From Epiperipatus broadwayi (Eukaryota; Animalia; Onychophora), in contig JAQFVV010000001.1 in the NCBI GenBank assembly GCA_028023455.1, positions 27,342,001-27,406,000 of the forward strand: a DNA stretch of 64,000 nucleotides, in the 5' to 3' direction. Shown here in pieces: positions 1-12,650 of this stretch. Numbering within the stretch: the first letter of the stretch is position 1; each line of letters starts with the position of its first letter. The position numbers and the translations under genes were made by a program. The notes under the pieces were generated by a model, which was not told the origin of the DNA, ran no database searches, and was given only the letters and a program-made list of their open reading frames with translations.

Positions 1-777
1 AGCCTATAAAAATTATTATATAGAAGAGTTTCACTGCAACACATCAGCATATTATTAAACACACTTCTGTTTGTTAATTACCCCCAAATCTTGATTCACT
101 GTCTTAGAATATATGATTTTAAAGTCCTTGTGTTATATGTGCCTTTTTCCCTTTATCATTTGCCAGTGTAAAAGCATTGGGCTTATTCTCTTTTACTATG
201 TGATATGGGCCTTCATATACATTTTGGAAATTTTTTGAAAATGTGTCTATCTGTATGACTGATTGGGTTATTTCTGACCCATACTTGATCTCCTACTCTA
301 AATTATGTTGTCCCTATGCCCTGTCTTCATGCTCTTACCTCCGCACAATGCACCAGTCATTCTTGTGCTCTTTTCCAGTCTGTCTCTTTCTCTGGAGCAA
401 CTGGTAATTTTGCCTTGTATATCATTGGCACAGATTGAGCAAAATGGAGTCGAATTGGAGAAAAGTCTGTAGATTCACTATTCGTCCAATTCATATAATT
501 TACAATTCGTGGCAGTTGTCTTGCCTACCCTTTAGGGTCTGTTGAGGTATAAACTCTGAAAAACCTTTCCAATTCTCATAACCTGCTCACACAGGGTGGA
601 CTGAGGGTTTTTGATAGCAAACATGCTGTACTCCAATATTTTCCGACCAGCCTTGCCATTCCACAGATATAGAGGATGTACCATGGTTGGACAATATGGA
701 TTTAGGTTTTCCTACCTTAGTAAAGTACTGGGTTTCTAGTACTCAAATAATGTTCTTCGCATTGACTTGGGGATATT

Positions 778-1391
778 GGGTATGCGGTTACCCATTTGGA
801 GAATACATCATAAGCTGCCAAGATATATTTCATTCTTCGGTACCTAGGTAATGGACCATAGAAATCTATTGTCACCAGGTCATTTGGTCTCTGAAGAATG
901 ATGGCTTGACAGGGACTTTCATAAGATTTGTTTGGCGGTTTTGTCTTCTCATAGGTTTCACATCCCTTTATTACCCGTATCACCTGCGGTCTCATCCTCA
1001 CCCAGTAGAACCATGTCTTTAAGAAATGTTCCACCTTGTCTACCCCATATTGTCCATATATATATACAATGAGTATATCTAATTAATCGGGTATGCGGTT
1101 ACTCATTTGGGGAATACATCATAAGCTACCAAGATATATTTCATTCTCCATACCTAGGTAATGGACCATAGAACTCTATTGCCACCAGGTCATTTGGTCT
1201 CTGATGAATAATGGTTTGATGAGGACTTTCATAAGATTTGTTTGATGGTTTTGTCTTCTAGATTTCACATCCTTTCATTACCCGTATCACCTGTGGTCCC
1301 ATCCTCGCCCAGTAGAATCATGTCTTTAATAGATGTTCTACCTTGTCTACCCCATATTGTCCATATATACAATGAATATATCTAATTAATC
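778..1391. repeat. Diverged ~310-bp tandem duplication inside the Gypsy integrase
   Basis: Copy 1 at 778-1088 and copy 2 at 1089-1391. Both start GGGTATGCGGTTAC and end TATATCTAATTAATC, with many transition differences. Confidence 0.95.
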
Positions 1392-1581
1392 TTTCTTGTA
1401 CTTCCTTGGGTACTATCATTTTCTACTTGTCTTCTTTTACATCTGCCAAATACCATAGTATTCCTTTGCTCAAGCAGTATCTTGCATCCTGTTCCTCTCT
1501 ATCTTCTTTCCTGGTTCCCCATTATTTTGTACCTTTTCCTGCAGCCTATTTGTAATGCATCTGCAGGTCTCATCTTGTCTC

Positions 1582-1729
1582 TGTCCCTCCTTTAATTGTC
1601 TCAAGTTTTCTACAGATTCATCCTTTATCATTCCCATTGTTGCTATAATGACATCTGTCTCTCCTTTAATTGTCTCAAGTTTTCTACAGATTCATCCTTT
1701 ATCATTCCCATTGTTGCTATAATGACATC
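1582..1729. repeat. 74-bp near-perfect tandem duplication inside the Gypsy pol
   Basis: 1582-1655 and 1656-1729 differ at one visible position (TGTCCCTCC vs TGTCTCTCC). Confidence 0.95.
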
Positions 1730-2049
1730 ATCTACCTGTAAATGGTTCAATAATGAGGAGCCTGGGTTCCGGCTCGATGCGCCTCTCCGTACCCACTATT
1801 ATCTGCCTGTATGATGAATGGTTTGTGGAAATCTAGGTATACAAGCATGACCTCACTTAAAAAAATTGTCTTTGACTCTCCTAAAACCTGTTTCTTGGTT
1901 TTGTTCCTATTTCCATGGTATACTTTTTCACAATAATTGTATTAGAGGTTCCATGTATGTGGTGAAATTCTCATAGAATTTACTATAGAATGTGCATAGA
2001 CCCAGAAACAATTTGACTTGTTTTTTATTACTGGGTGTGGGAAGGTATT

Positions 2050-2094
2050 ATGGCCTAGATTTTCTCTGGATAATGGCCTAGATTTTCTCTGGAT
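2050..2094. repeat. 23-bp-period tandem duplication
   Basis: ATGGCCTAGATTTTCTCTGGAT at 2050-2071 and 2073-2094. Confidence 0.95.
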
Positions 2095-5000
2095 GTGGTT
2101 AATGCCTTTATCATTGACCAAGTGTCCTAAAAAAATTCACTTCTGTAGCCACTATCTGGCTTTTCTGCAGGATAATCCTAATGTTTTTAGACTGGCATTC
2201 TTGCAGAAATAACTTCAGGTGTTGAACATGTTTTTCCATGTCGTTTGACATGATTATCACCTTGTTCACGTATAAGGTTACCAAGTCCTTTATTTTTTTC
2301 TGTAGTACATGGTCCAAGCATTTTAATAAACCTGCTCCACTATTTTTTAACCTAAATGGTATTTTATTAAAGTGATACGACTTTCCATTGTATTGAAAGG
2401 CCGTATAACCCTTGTCTGCCAATAGCTGACAGTCTCAAATCTAGTGTTGAGAACAGTTTCTGGCCTCGAAATTTTATTAACTGGCCATTAATTGGCGGAA
2501 ATACATTTTGGTCCGGCCATGTAATTTTATTTAATTGACTAGCATCTAAGCATAGTCTTATCGATATTCGTTTTCTTTATTATTATCAAAGGGTTATTAT
2601 ATGGGGATGATGCTTTTGATATAACCCCCCGGTCTTACATTTGATGAAGTTGTTTCTCCACTTCCATTCTATATTGATGGGGCATCGGGTAGGACCGTGC
2701 CTAATATGGTGTATCTTCCATTACTCTGATATGGTGTTCATAACCTTTTATTACTCCCGATTTTTCTAAGAAAAGATTCCTATATGTACATAGAAGATCT
2801 TTGAGATCTCCTGCCAGTTTCAACTTGTATTTGTTTTATTATCAGGTCCATCTCTTTTTCTAATTGCATATTATATAGCCCCCTTTTTTTAACCCTCACT
2901 TTTTGACCCAAACCATATTATTTCACCATTGTATATAACGTTCTTGTGTTTACAATCTATTAAATATCCAGTTTTGTGCATGAATTCTGAACCCGAAATG
3001 GCATCTTGTATTAATCCTTTTAAAATCAATATGCATGATGTATGTATCTCTGCCCTATTTTTAACTGTGTCCATATTTGTTTGGTCTCCAACTGTGTTTT
3101 CCTTTTGTTTGTTATTATGACCTGTGTTGCCTTTATTGGCAAGGTTTTGATATTTGGTTGTGGCTGAACCATCTTCTCGAAGACCTTTTTCGATATGACC
3201 AACACTTGACTGCCAGAATCAAATAGTGCCTACACTTTTATACCATTTATATGTATGTCAATCTTAGGACAGACTTGAGATACAAAATTAATAGTCCTCC
3301 CATCCCACTCACAAATGAGATTGTCTATTTTTTTTAGTTTATGTATGGTTCGACTTTGCTTCATCTTCTTATATTATTTATATGATACGGGGATGCTGAA
3401 CAATCATTCAATGTTATTTTGCTTCGACTGTTATATATATATATTTGATGAGTCAGAAAAAAAAATTGCATTCCCTTTCTTTTTTTTTTTCAAATTCCTT
3501 AATACTATTAATTTTTATTCTATATTTTATTTTATTCCTTAACATACACCAATTCTCCCCTTTTCTCCCCACCATCACTTTTGATTGCTGCTTGAATATT
3601 ACACCACCGTGAAACAGATATAGCAAGTAAAAAAAAAAAAACTCCTTATTTTTCTATATAGTTATGATGGTCTGTTATTTCCGCCCTATTTTTACTTAAC
3701 AAAATGATATAAAACAAAAGAGAAACTTTACTACATGTTCCCTTCCTTTCTTTATTCAAAAGAAATTTTATATTTCCTTTCAACTGAATAATGTATTACC
3801 AAAATATATTAACAACTCGCATTTTCCTTGTGTGCTGCTTGGGGGAAAAACCAATTTGTCACTTATACGTTATCGCAATATATTGCATTCACAATCCTAG
3901 CTGCAAATATATTAATAACATCTTGTTTTCCCATTGATTTCTCTTATCTCAGGTTATGGTTTCTTCAAGTTCCATCGTTTGGGCAGCCATTATACCATTT
4001 TATATATTTCTAACAATATTTATTAGACATGAAAGGCCGTAAGATTATATATATATATCTGTTAAAGATAAATGCATTACCTCCCATGCCCACACCTTAT
4101 CTAAGTTATAGTAGTTAACCATTTTTAATTTTAGCGTAAGCATAATATATTTCTCAGGTAATACGGTCCTAATTATAACTAGCTAAGTTTCCTATATTGT
4201 CGCCTTTATTAGGCACCAGAATTCTATTTTAGATATCCCTATTAAATTGACAATGAAGGTAAATCCTCTCCCCCCCCTCTCTAACACCACACCGAATCTC
4301 TCTATAATGTGAATGAACTAATAACTCAGATATTAACATACCCCTATAATATTTATACAAAATAACACAAAAATATTATATAACTATATCGTGATCTCAC
4401 AAATAATAAATCTAAAAATATAATAATATTGTATTGGCATCAACAATTGAATTTACCCAGTTCACTGAAAGAAGATAATTATGAATCTTAAGTAAATGAC
4501 ACATTGTAAATCTTTCATTTTTAATTACTTTTTTTTATTTTATGAGCATATTGAATAAAAGCGAAATAGCAAAAGAAAATTTGTCATCATAGCAAAATTA
4601 TTTCTTGGATTCATTAACCATATAAATAGTTCTTTATGGTCCATTAAAAATGTTTTATTTTCACCTGGTTTGTGTAAGACGTGAGTACTCTATAAAGTTA
4701 TTTCAATAAGCATGTAAGTTCATAAATTTGATTTTTTATCAGTAAGATTGTTTCGTGAAGTCATTCCTTGGTAATACATAACATCCTTAGATTTTTTTCA
4801 TGGTAGGTCCATTAGGTTGCAGTTTTGATGCGTGGTTTCTATTTTTGGCAGGTGGTAACTTCACTCTTCTAAATCATCATAAGTAGGTTCAAGGGAATAG
4901 AACGATTGGCAATGTACAGGCATTCTAGCCATTCATTTTAATGTCAGCGGCTATCATGAGGTAATTGAACATCTTTTCAAAAATCCAAAGAACAAAAGAC

Positions 5001-6541
5001 CCTTCTTTATCTATGTCCCTTTTATATCTCTGAAAACTCATTAAGCATGTGTACGTTGAATACCACCTGCATTCCTTCTTCAAAACTTATCTTTCTCTAT
5101 ATTTTTGTTCTCAACATTCTCTTTCACCTTTGTAGTTACCATGGCTATATTTAATTACTAATCTCCCCTTGTATAATTTCTATCATTATTATTTAACTTG
5201 TTTTTTTTTAAATGAAGAAAAAGAAAAAAAAAACACAGTGTATTGCTTCAAGGAAAAGAAATTTTATAATTTTAATTGGATAAAATATTCTATGCATTAA
5301 TTTGTATCTCTATAAACATACTTTTATTTTAATTTTTTTTTTTTTTATATTCGTTTCAGCAAAATCTTCAAATTAAACTGCCAACGCACTTTGCACAGTT
5401 GCAATATATATATGTGTGTGATGTATTCCCAATTTTTAAAGCATATTTAAAATATTTCAAATACCAGAATGGATATTATAGTATGATAATAATAAAAAAA
5501 TCTTGCTGGAATTATAATTTATGTGTTAATGGTTACTTCTATTGGTAAGACTAAAGCATATACACATATAATCATACATTAGATAATTACAACTGTAATT
5601 ACATTTTTGTTTTTAAAAAAAATTGTTACATTTTTATGATGTATTCCAGCTGTTGTAGATTACTTTTTACTTTAAATCTAACAGTCAAAAAAGATTTCTC
5701 CTTAATCGGGAAAAAACATCCAAACATAAATGAAATATTTTTAATATTTTAAAGAATTACTGTTTTATAAAATGATTTACTAATTTTCTTGAAATTCTAA
5801 TTAACATTAAAATTGATATTTTAATGTCATGTGTGTGGTAGGAGGAGGGCTTTTATTATCACAATTTTTTACTGATTTATAGTTAATGTTGGTGAAATTC
5901 TCTATTTAATCATTATGTTTTTTAAGATTTGATATTTTAAAGAATTTGATTTTGTTCTCTTGTTTTTTTTTTCTATTCAGTTTGCTTTTTTTTTTGCTAC
6001 TGAGAATTCTCAGACTATTTGTAGTTTATGTAGATTTTGTGATCTAGATTTTTTTCTAAACTTAATTAATGCTGCATGGTCTCTTTAGTCACTGTTAGAA
6101 TGTTTTATTTATTAATGCTATATGATAATGACGAATAATAATGATTGACCATTGATCATTTCCATTGTTGTCTTATATAATATTGTGATCATGTTACAAC
6201 TGCCCCTATTTACTCTGCAATTTGGAAAGTGAAATATGTACATCTGAAATAACTATAGATAACTCATGTTTTTAGGAGCAGTAATTCACTCTTTTTCTTT
6301 CCTACTTTAGAGCTATTTCTTGTAAGCTTGAATTATTATAATAAACAATTAGTTGACAGAAGCATATGTTAAGTATAAGCAAAAAAGTTTTGTGATATTT
6401 TATCAGTAATTAACAAATATTAATATTAAACATATAAGTTAATAATTTTTTAAACATCTATCTTTGAAAATAAAATAATGTTTAATTAAATCAAATAAAA
6501 TTTAAAGAGTATGGGAGAGGTTATGAAATAATATGTATATA

Positions 6542-8000
6542 TCACATGATAGCAAACCAAAGTTTAAATGAACTTTAAATCTTCAATCTGTTGTCAAGGC
6601 AATTTCTATAGATAAAAATAGATTCTATCTTTCAACCTAATTTTAAATTCTAATGTAGACAAAAATGCTGACACATAACTGCAATAGATTGAGATTTTTA
6701 TCTTCATAGAAGTTTAAATAAACCCCATTCACCAGGAAAATATCTGTTTTGAAAGTAGATTAATAAATACTTATTTTTGCAATCTTTTAGAAAAACTTAC
6801 ATTCATTATTTAGATAATAACCATAAATTGCACACAGATAAATAGATAGATAGTTTTTAAATGAAAATCACATGACAACAACCAAAGTTTAACTAAATTC
6901 TAGAATCTATAATCTGTTCTCAAAGCAATCTCTATAGATAAAAAATGGATTCTATCTTTCACTCTGGTTAAAATCTTAATGTAGATAAGAATGCTGATAC
7001 ATGATTGTAGCAGACAGAGATTTTTTTCACAGAAGTTTACCAGTCAAATATAACCTGTTTGAAAGTAGTTTAATAAATCATTTTTTACAATCCTTCAAAT
7101 CAAACTCCTATTCATTAATTTATTTTTAGATAATAAATCATAAATTTCCCAAATACAGGTTTATTATGTAAGTAATAATTTATTATTTAAGTAATGGTTT
7201 ATTGATTAACTAATGAATGAGAGTTTGGTTTGAAAAGTTATAAAAATGATTATTTATTAATCAATTTTCAATATAGTTATATTTGTCTGATGAATGGGGT
7301 TTATTTAAACTTCTAGAAAAATAAAAATTTCAATCTGTTGCGGTCATGTCAGCATTCTTGTCTATATTAAGACCGTAGATCAGGATAACAGGTGAAATCT
7401 CATCTTTCATTTGCAGAGGTTGCCTTGATAACAGATTGTAGATTCTATGATTTATTTTAAGTTTGGCTGTTATTATGTGATTTTACATTTATAACCATAT
7501 GATTATGAACAATTTATGGTTTATTATCTAATAAAGAATGAGGCTTGGTTTGAAAGGTTGTAAAAAATGATTATGTATTTATCTACATTTAAAACAGGAT
7601 AATATTTGCCTATTGAATGAAGCTTATTCAAACTTCTAGGAAGATAAATCAATTACATGTCAGCATTCTTAGACTAGGGTGAAAAATCTATTCTATCTTT
7701 TATCTGTAGAAATTGTTATGACAACAGATTGTAGATTCTATAATTTAAGTTTTGGTCGTCATCATGTCATTTACATTGATGAATCATCTAGCTGTTTGCA
7801 ATATTTGAGTTAATATATATAATTTCAATCTCTGTGGTCAAGTTGCAATCTTTAGTGCCTATATAAATATATGGGACCATTAATAAAGGTGGAATTCCAT
7901 CATTGTTAAAAGGAGGTTGCCTTGACAACAGTTTCAAATTGTTGATTGTTATTAATATTGGGATTGGCTAAGTATTTAACTGGTTTTTAATGATATATTT
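6542..8000. repeat. Foldback array of ~325-bp units: two + copies, then two - copies, plus a partial variant
   Basis: + units start ATCACATGA at ~6541 and ~6867. Inverted units lie at ~7180-7490 and ~7509-7777, with shared blocks such as AATCTGTTGTCAAGGCAA / TTGCCTTGATAACAGATT and AATGCTGACA / TGTCAGCATT. A variant partial copy is at ~7823-7995. Confidence 0.85.
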
Positions 8001-10401
8001 ATTATAAGTACATGTAAAAAAATGTTTATATGAAATCAGATAATTTTGCCCTGTTTGATAATATTTACAAGATTTTTACTTAATATGAATAATTATTTAA
8101 TTTATATGTCAATGGCTAATTTAAATTTTAATTAACATTATAACTAACATTTGATCTAGGAACTTTGTTCTTTAATTTTATTCAAGCTAAATTTGCTTAA
8201 TTGTTATATAATTCAACAATTCTTTGTTAAATTTTGTATGATAATGATATAATTTGATTTATATCTTTAAATTTTAAAAAAATTGCTTTGGTATGATTTG
8301 AATGATGAACAGTAGAAAAATATATTAGAGAGTCTGGCATCTATATTGTCAAAAAATGATTTTATGACTCTCTTAACACAGACTTAATATAGTCACATAT
8401 TCATCTACAATTATGTTAATAATTATGTCATAATCAGTTGTCATTACAAATATAATTTTTTTTCTGCTTTAACTACCTGATGTTTTTTACTATAAAGATA
8501 TTCTCATATGTAAATACCTAATAGATAACTAAACATCATTATGTTTGACAGCTAATATAACTTGCTATAAAATTATGCAATTTCCCTCTGGTTGAACTAC
8601 TATAAAATGCGATATTAAATACATAAGCTTAACATATTTTTATATTGGCTTATATATAAATATTTAAACTTTATTTTATCAGCTAGTTTCATTTTTTAAT
8701 AATTCTTTGTGACATATAAAAAAAAAATAATAATTATATTTTCAGTGCTTTTTATTAATTTTTAGTTCGTAATATTCAAATGAATTAAAATCATGAACTA
8801 ATAGAACTGAATCTAGTCTGTTTCATACATGTATATTATGCATAGATATAACCTTTTATGTCATAAATTAATATTAAACTTAATTTAGTATAACATGAAT
8901 TAAATTATTAATATTGTATTGTAATTCACTTTCATTAATACAGTACTATTATTTAATAATTGTCTTATATTTTTTTCATTAAATAGTTAAGAGAGCTAAA
9001 ATTTCTTTGGCTGTATTTACTTGCTATCAATATATGTTTGTAAGATGATTTGTATAATGTAAACAGAAACTGCCTTTCCCTTAAAAGCTATGCTCAAAAT
9101 CTTTATAAAATGAAATCTTTTTTTTTTTAAAACATCAAAAATTATTTTTTTTTATGAAGTTATTCAAATGCATTTTTTAGTAATTCAAAGATATTTGTTT
9201 CTCACTTCTATATCTCTCTGTAGCAGCATATTGTTTTTAAAATTTTATGTCTTTGATTAAGCTTTGTCATTTCGTATAGATTATTACAAAGCAGTCCTAT
9301 GATTTATGTATTTTTATAACTCTTTATCTTTATAGTTGTAGCTAATTTTTTTGTAATTAGCCCTATTAATAATCTTTATTATAATATCAATTGCTTTTTT
9401 CCTTTTCTCTCTTTATGATCTTATGCCAGCACTATTATTAAGCTATCATCATAATTATAATTTTTCAAAACATTTGTATCTTCCCTTGTTGCTGATATTC
9501 AGATGTTTGCATCATAATTGATTTTTTTTACCTAAATAGTATTTTTGAATAGTAATTTTAATTACATTAATTACATGTCATCAATGTTAAATTTTTTTTT
9601 TTTGGAAATAGACAAATGAATTTAATACTGTTTATTAATCAGGTTTTAATTTTGGTAGATGAAAACTGAAATATACTTTTTATTTTTTGTCATTGCTTAT
9701 GCATAAAAAAATATTTTTTAAATCAAAAATCATGTAAATAATGAAATAAGTATATTTAATATAACAGTATATAACAATATTCTCATAATATGTTGCTTTA
9801 TGCTGCTGAGAATGGCATACATTCTATAAACTGAATAAAACTGAACACTTATTTGATATAACTAATAATCAATTTAGTAAGTTTAGATTTAAAATCAGTT
9901 TTTATTTATATGTTCTATGATAAACTAATTTGCATTACCATCACTTTCTATGATTATTGAATTGTATCTTAATTAGAATTAATTTTTCTATTTGCTTATA
10001 TGTTTAAACTTTCTACTAATTAGTTTTTATATTTTATTTTGATTAAATAAAATTTAATAATTTTGGATAATTTGAAACAGTTTTATTAGTACTGATTAGA
10101 ATTATAAGCATATATTTGTTCTCCTTTTTAGTTTTTTTAAACTATATAATTAATGTCAGTAAAAAAAAAAAAGTGCTGATTTTATGGTTATAGTTTGTAT
10201 TAATCAAATGAATTCATTATTTTAAATTCTAATCTTTATTTCTGTGTAATGTAACATATTTTCATTTTATTTTAATATATTGAAAAATAAATATTTAAAA
10301 AAAAATTGTATTTTTTATTCATTTCCCTTTCATTTTAGGTTGAAATTTTTTTAATTATCTATTACTAACATTTATTATAAAAAAATGATTATTGATTTCA
10401 G

Positions 10402-10505
10402 TTTCTGAGTGAACATAGTGGAAGTTCAAATGCTTTTACAACATCAGAACATACAAATTATTATTTTGATGTAGCACCTCCATATCTAAAAGGAGCTTTG
10501 GACAG
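10402..10505 (+). CDS. IDE: Insulin-degrading enzyme coding exon ([35 protein letters not shown])
   Basis: TTTCAG acceptor and AG|GTAGG donor. The translation matches the IDE segment just after the HXXEH motif (human [24 protein letters not shown]...GALDR, recalled). Phase-2 end fits the next exon. Confidence 0.96.
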
Positions 10506-10952
10506 GTAGGCAAACATGACTAATTTTTATTATAAGATAATTGTATAGTTTTAGGTATAGAAATGATCTATTTTAATATAAAATTCATTCATCGAGTGAT
10601 AGATAACTAATAATGTTTCCATATTTTAAATCATTTAAATCTGACAATCTCTATACTTATTTATCAATAGGTTATTGCATTATCTTCAGTAATTTACTTT
10701 ATTACTCTATTAATCGAATATTGTAAACTTGAGTTATCAATGAATACTAGATGCTAATTTTTGTCCTCTGATTTTATTTTTGAGGTGCATTGAATTTGCA
10801 CCCCAGCTAAGTTGGTTTTGGGTAAACAATAGAATGGACTATTGCTCTTAATATGAATATAAATGTGAACTAAGTAATGCTTTGTTTAATATAGACATTA
10901 ATAATTAGTAATTACTAGAATTTAAATAATTACTTTCAAATGTAAAATCTAG

Positions 10953-11730
10953 TTGTAATAAATGTAATAAGTGCGCTTATATGCAACTATAGAGAAGCTT
11001 GTTATTTCTATAAATTAAATATGGCTTAGAATTTTTGAGAATTTATGGTGTTCTCATGTTCATAGCAAGATGAAATAGAATAATAATGGAAAGATGAGTG
11101 TAATTATATATATTTGAAGAAATTTAAATTTATTTAAATTTAATGTTAAATATTTAAATTAGAGTGCCCATTTTTTGGAAGTTTGAACTTGAACTTACTC
11201 ATAGCACTGTTTACAAAATTAAATGCCCCCAAACTGAATGTCAATCCATCTATTGTGGAGAATCTCGAACATCCTTGTCTACATACCTTTCCCAACACTA
11301 ATACTCATACAAAAAAACCTCAGATAAACCAGAATATAGCTCTATATTCCTTGAGCACACAAAGGCGACAGGATATCAATTTATCCCCCCTTCTGCAAGG
11401 ATTCACTATATTGAAAGAAATGATTCAAAGAGAAAGGTAAAGAAGACTTGCTATATAGCCAATCATACGAATACTATCAACACTAGAGACTCATCTTTCC
11501 CTCTCTCCAAAAAAATGAACTCTCTAATTTAAATATTTAACATTGAATTTAAATAAATTTAAATTTCTTCAAATATATACAATTACACTCATCTCTTCTT
11601 TATTATTCTATTTTATCTTGTTAAGAATATGAGAACATCATAAGTTCTCAAAAGTTCTAAGCCGTATTTAATTTATGGAAATTGTAAGCTTTTCCATAGT
11701 TGCTTATAAGTGCATTTATTACATTTCATA
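10953..11730 (+). mobile_element. 5'-truncated Penelope-like element: GIY-YIG endonuclease fragment between inverted ~210-bp pseudo-LTRs
   Basis: 11203-11532 translates to VYKIKCPQTECQSIYCGESRTSLSTYLSQH*...KRKVKKTCYIANHTNTINTRD (GIY-YIG motifs, one stop). 10953-11164 is the reverse complement of 11522-11730. Confidence 0.85.
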
Positions 11731-11959
11731 AAGAAGAAATATAAACAGTTAACATCATTATATCTAGTTGTTGATAAGTGAAATTTTTTTTATTTTATTG
11801 TAAAATATTATATTTATTATTTATTGCTATATATTGTAATCATAATTCTCTTGTAGTTTTACTTGATTGTATTATGACAACAGCAAAGTATCATCTTGAA
11901 CTGCACTGAAGAAAATAGTTAAATTTCTTTTGTATGAGATATTTAAAATCATGAAAAGT

Positions 11960-12650
11960 AAGATTCACTCAACATAATACCAAAAAAGGATATTACTAAC
12001 CAGTATTACATGGATAAATTAAAATCATTTGGAAACTTGAGTTGCATATGTCACTTTGTGGAGAAGGAAAAAGGAAATTGAAGGCTGTGCTAAGAAGCTA
12101 ATTATTAGAATTTGGAACATTTTATGTGATAAAGATGGAAGGGGAACTATTTAGGTTAGAAATTAAAAATATAAGATGGAATGAACTACAAGATTTAGAT
12201 TAGAAGAATATATTATTCATTATTGAGACCATGACAACAAAAAAGAAATGGTACAGATGTCATTGTTAAGAAAAACATTGCGAAGATTTTTATAAAATAT
12301 TTTGTGAATGGTCAGTTGATTTCAGTTTGATTTTATAGATACTCATTCAACATTTTTGTAGTACAAGTTTATGCACCAATAGTCTGATAAGTGAAGAAGT
12401 AGTCAAGCATTGGTGGCTGAGTGATTAGCATAGCTGCCTTCCAAGCAGCTGACTTGGGTTTGCTTCCCGTCAACACATTTGACATATGAAAAAAAAAGTG
12501 AAGAAGTTGAAAATTTTTTTGAATACATGCAAACTGAAATTTTCAAAATTAGCAAGCAAGCTATACTTTTAGTTATTGAAAAGAAGTGCATTTAGTAAAT
12601 ATGGATTTAAGCATGCTTCTTTTAGGTATTTTATTTTCTGGCTCATCAAT
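11960..12650 (+). mobile_element. Decayed RTE-clade LINE APE-endonuclease fragment
   Basis: Contains IFVVQVYAP (~12352-12378) and an upstream WN-like motif, in the order expected for RTE endonuclease. It is interrupted by a SINE. Confidence 0.6.
12401..12497 (+). mobile_element. tRNA-Gly(TCC)-derived SINE / retro-tRNA with oligo(A) tail and 12-bp TSD
   Basis: 12407-12477 (GCATTGGTGGCTGAGTGATTAGCATAGCTGCCTTCCAAGCAGCTGACTTGGGTTTGCTTCCCGTCAACACA) aligns end-to-end with eukaryotic tRNA-Gly-TCC, with anticodon TCC at 12440-12442. TSD AAGTGAAGAAGT at 12389-12400 and 12496-12507. The B box is degraded. Confidence 0.9.

Larger units (their letters stand above)
96..3290 (-). mobile_element. Decayed Ty3/Gypsy LTR retrotransposon pol (protease-RT-integrase), internally deleted and duplicated
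   Basis: Minus-strand translation gives protease ALFDSGSQ (~3210) and RT (ORF 2111-2422, TAF...FNKIPFRLKN...LYVNK = degenerate YVDD). It also gives the integrase zinc-finger/core (ORF 717-1034, LVTIDFYGPLP...AYDVFSKW) and a GPY module (VYEGPYHIV, ~200). Stops and frameshifts throughout; no LTR pair confirmed. Confidence 0.9.

Noticed and set aside
3975-4401. Possible PBS and 5' LTR of the first Gypsy element
   Set aside because: The PBS-like match is imperfect, and the region does not match the sequence beyond the PPT at the window start.
1-10401. Upstream IDE exon with the HXXEH zinc-binding motif
   Set aside because: No HFCEHM-like coding stretch was found by eye, so it probably lies left of the window. 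A TBLASTN would settle it.
11610-11665. Hammerhead in the Penelope pseudo-LTR
   Set aside because: A 7-bp hairpin is present, but neither arm has CUGANGA or GAAA intact.
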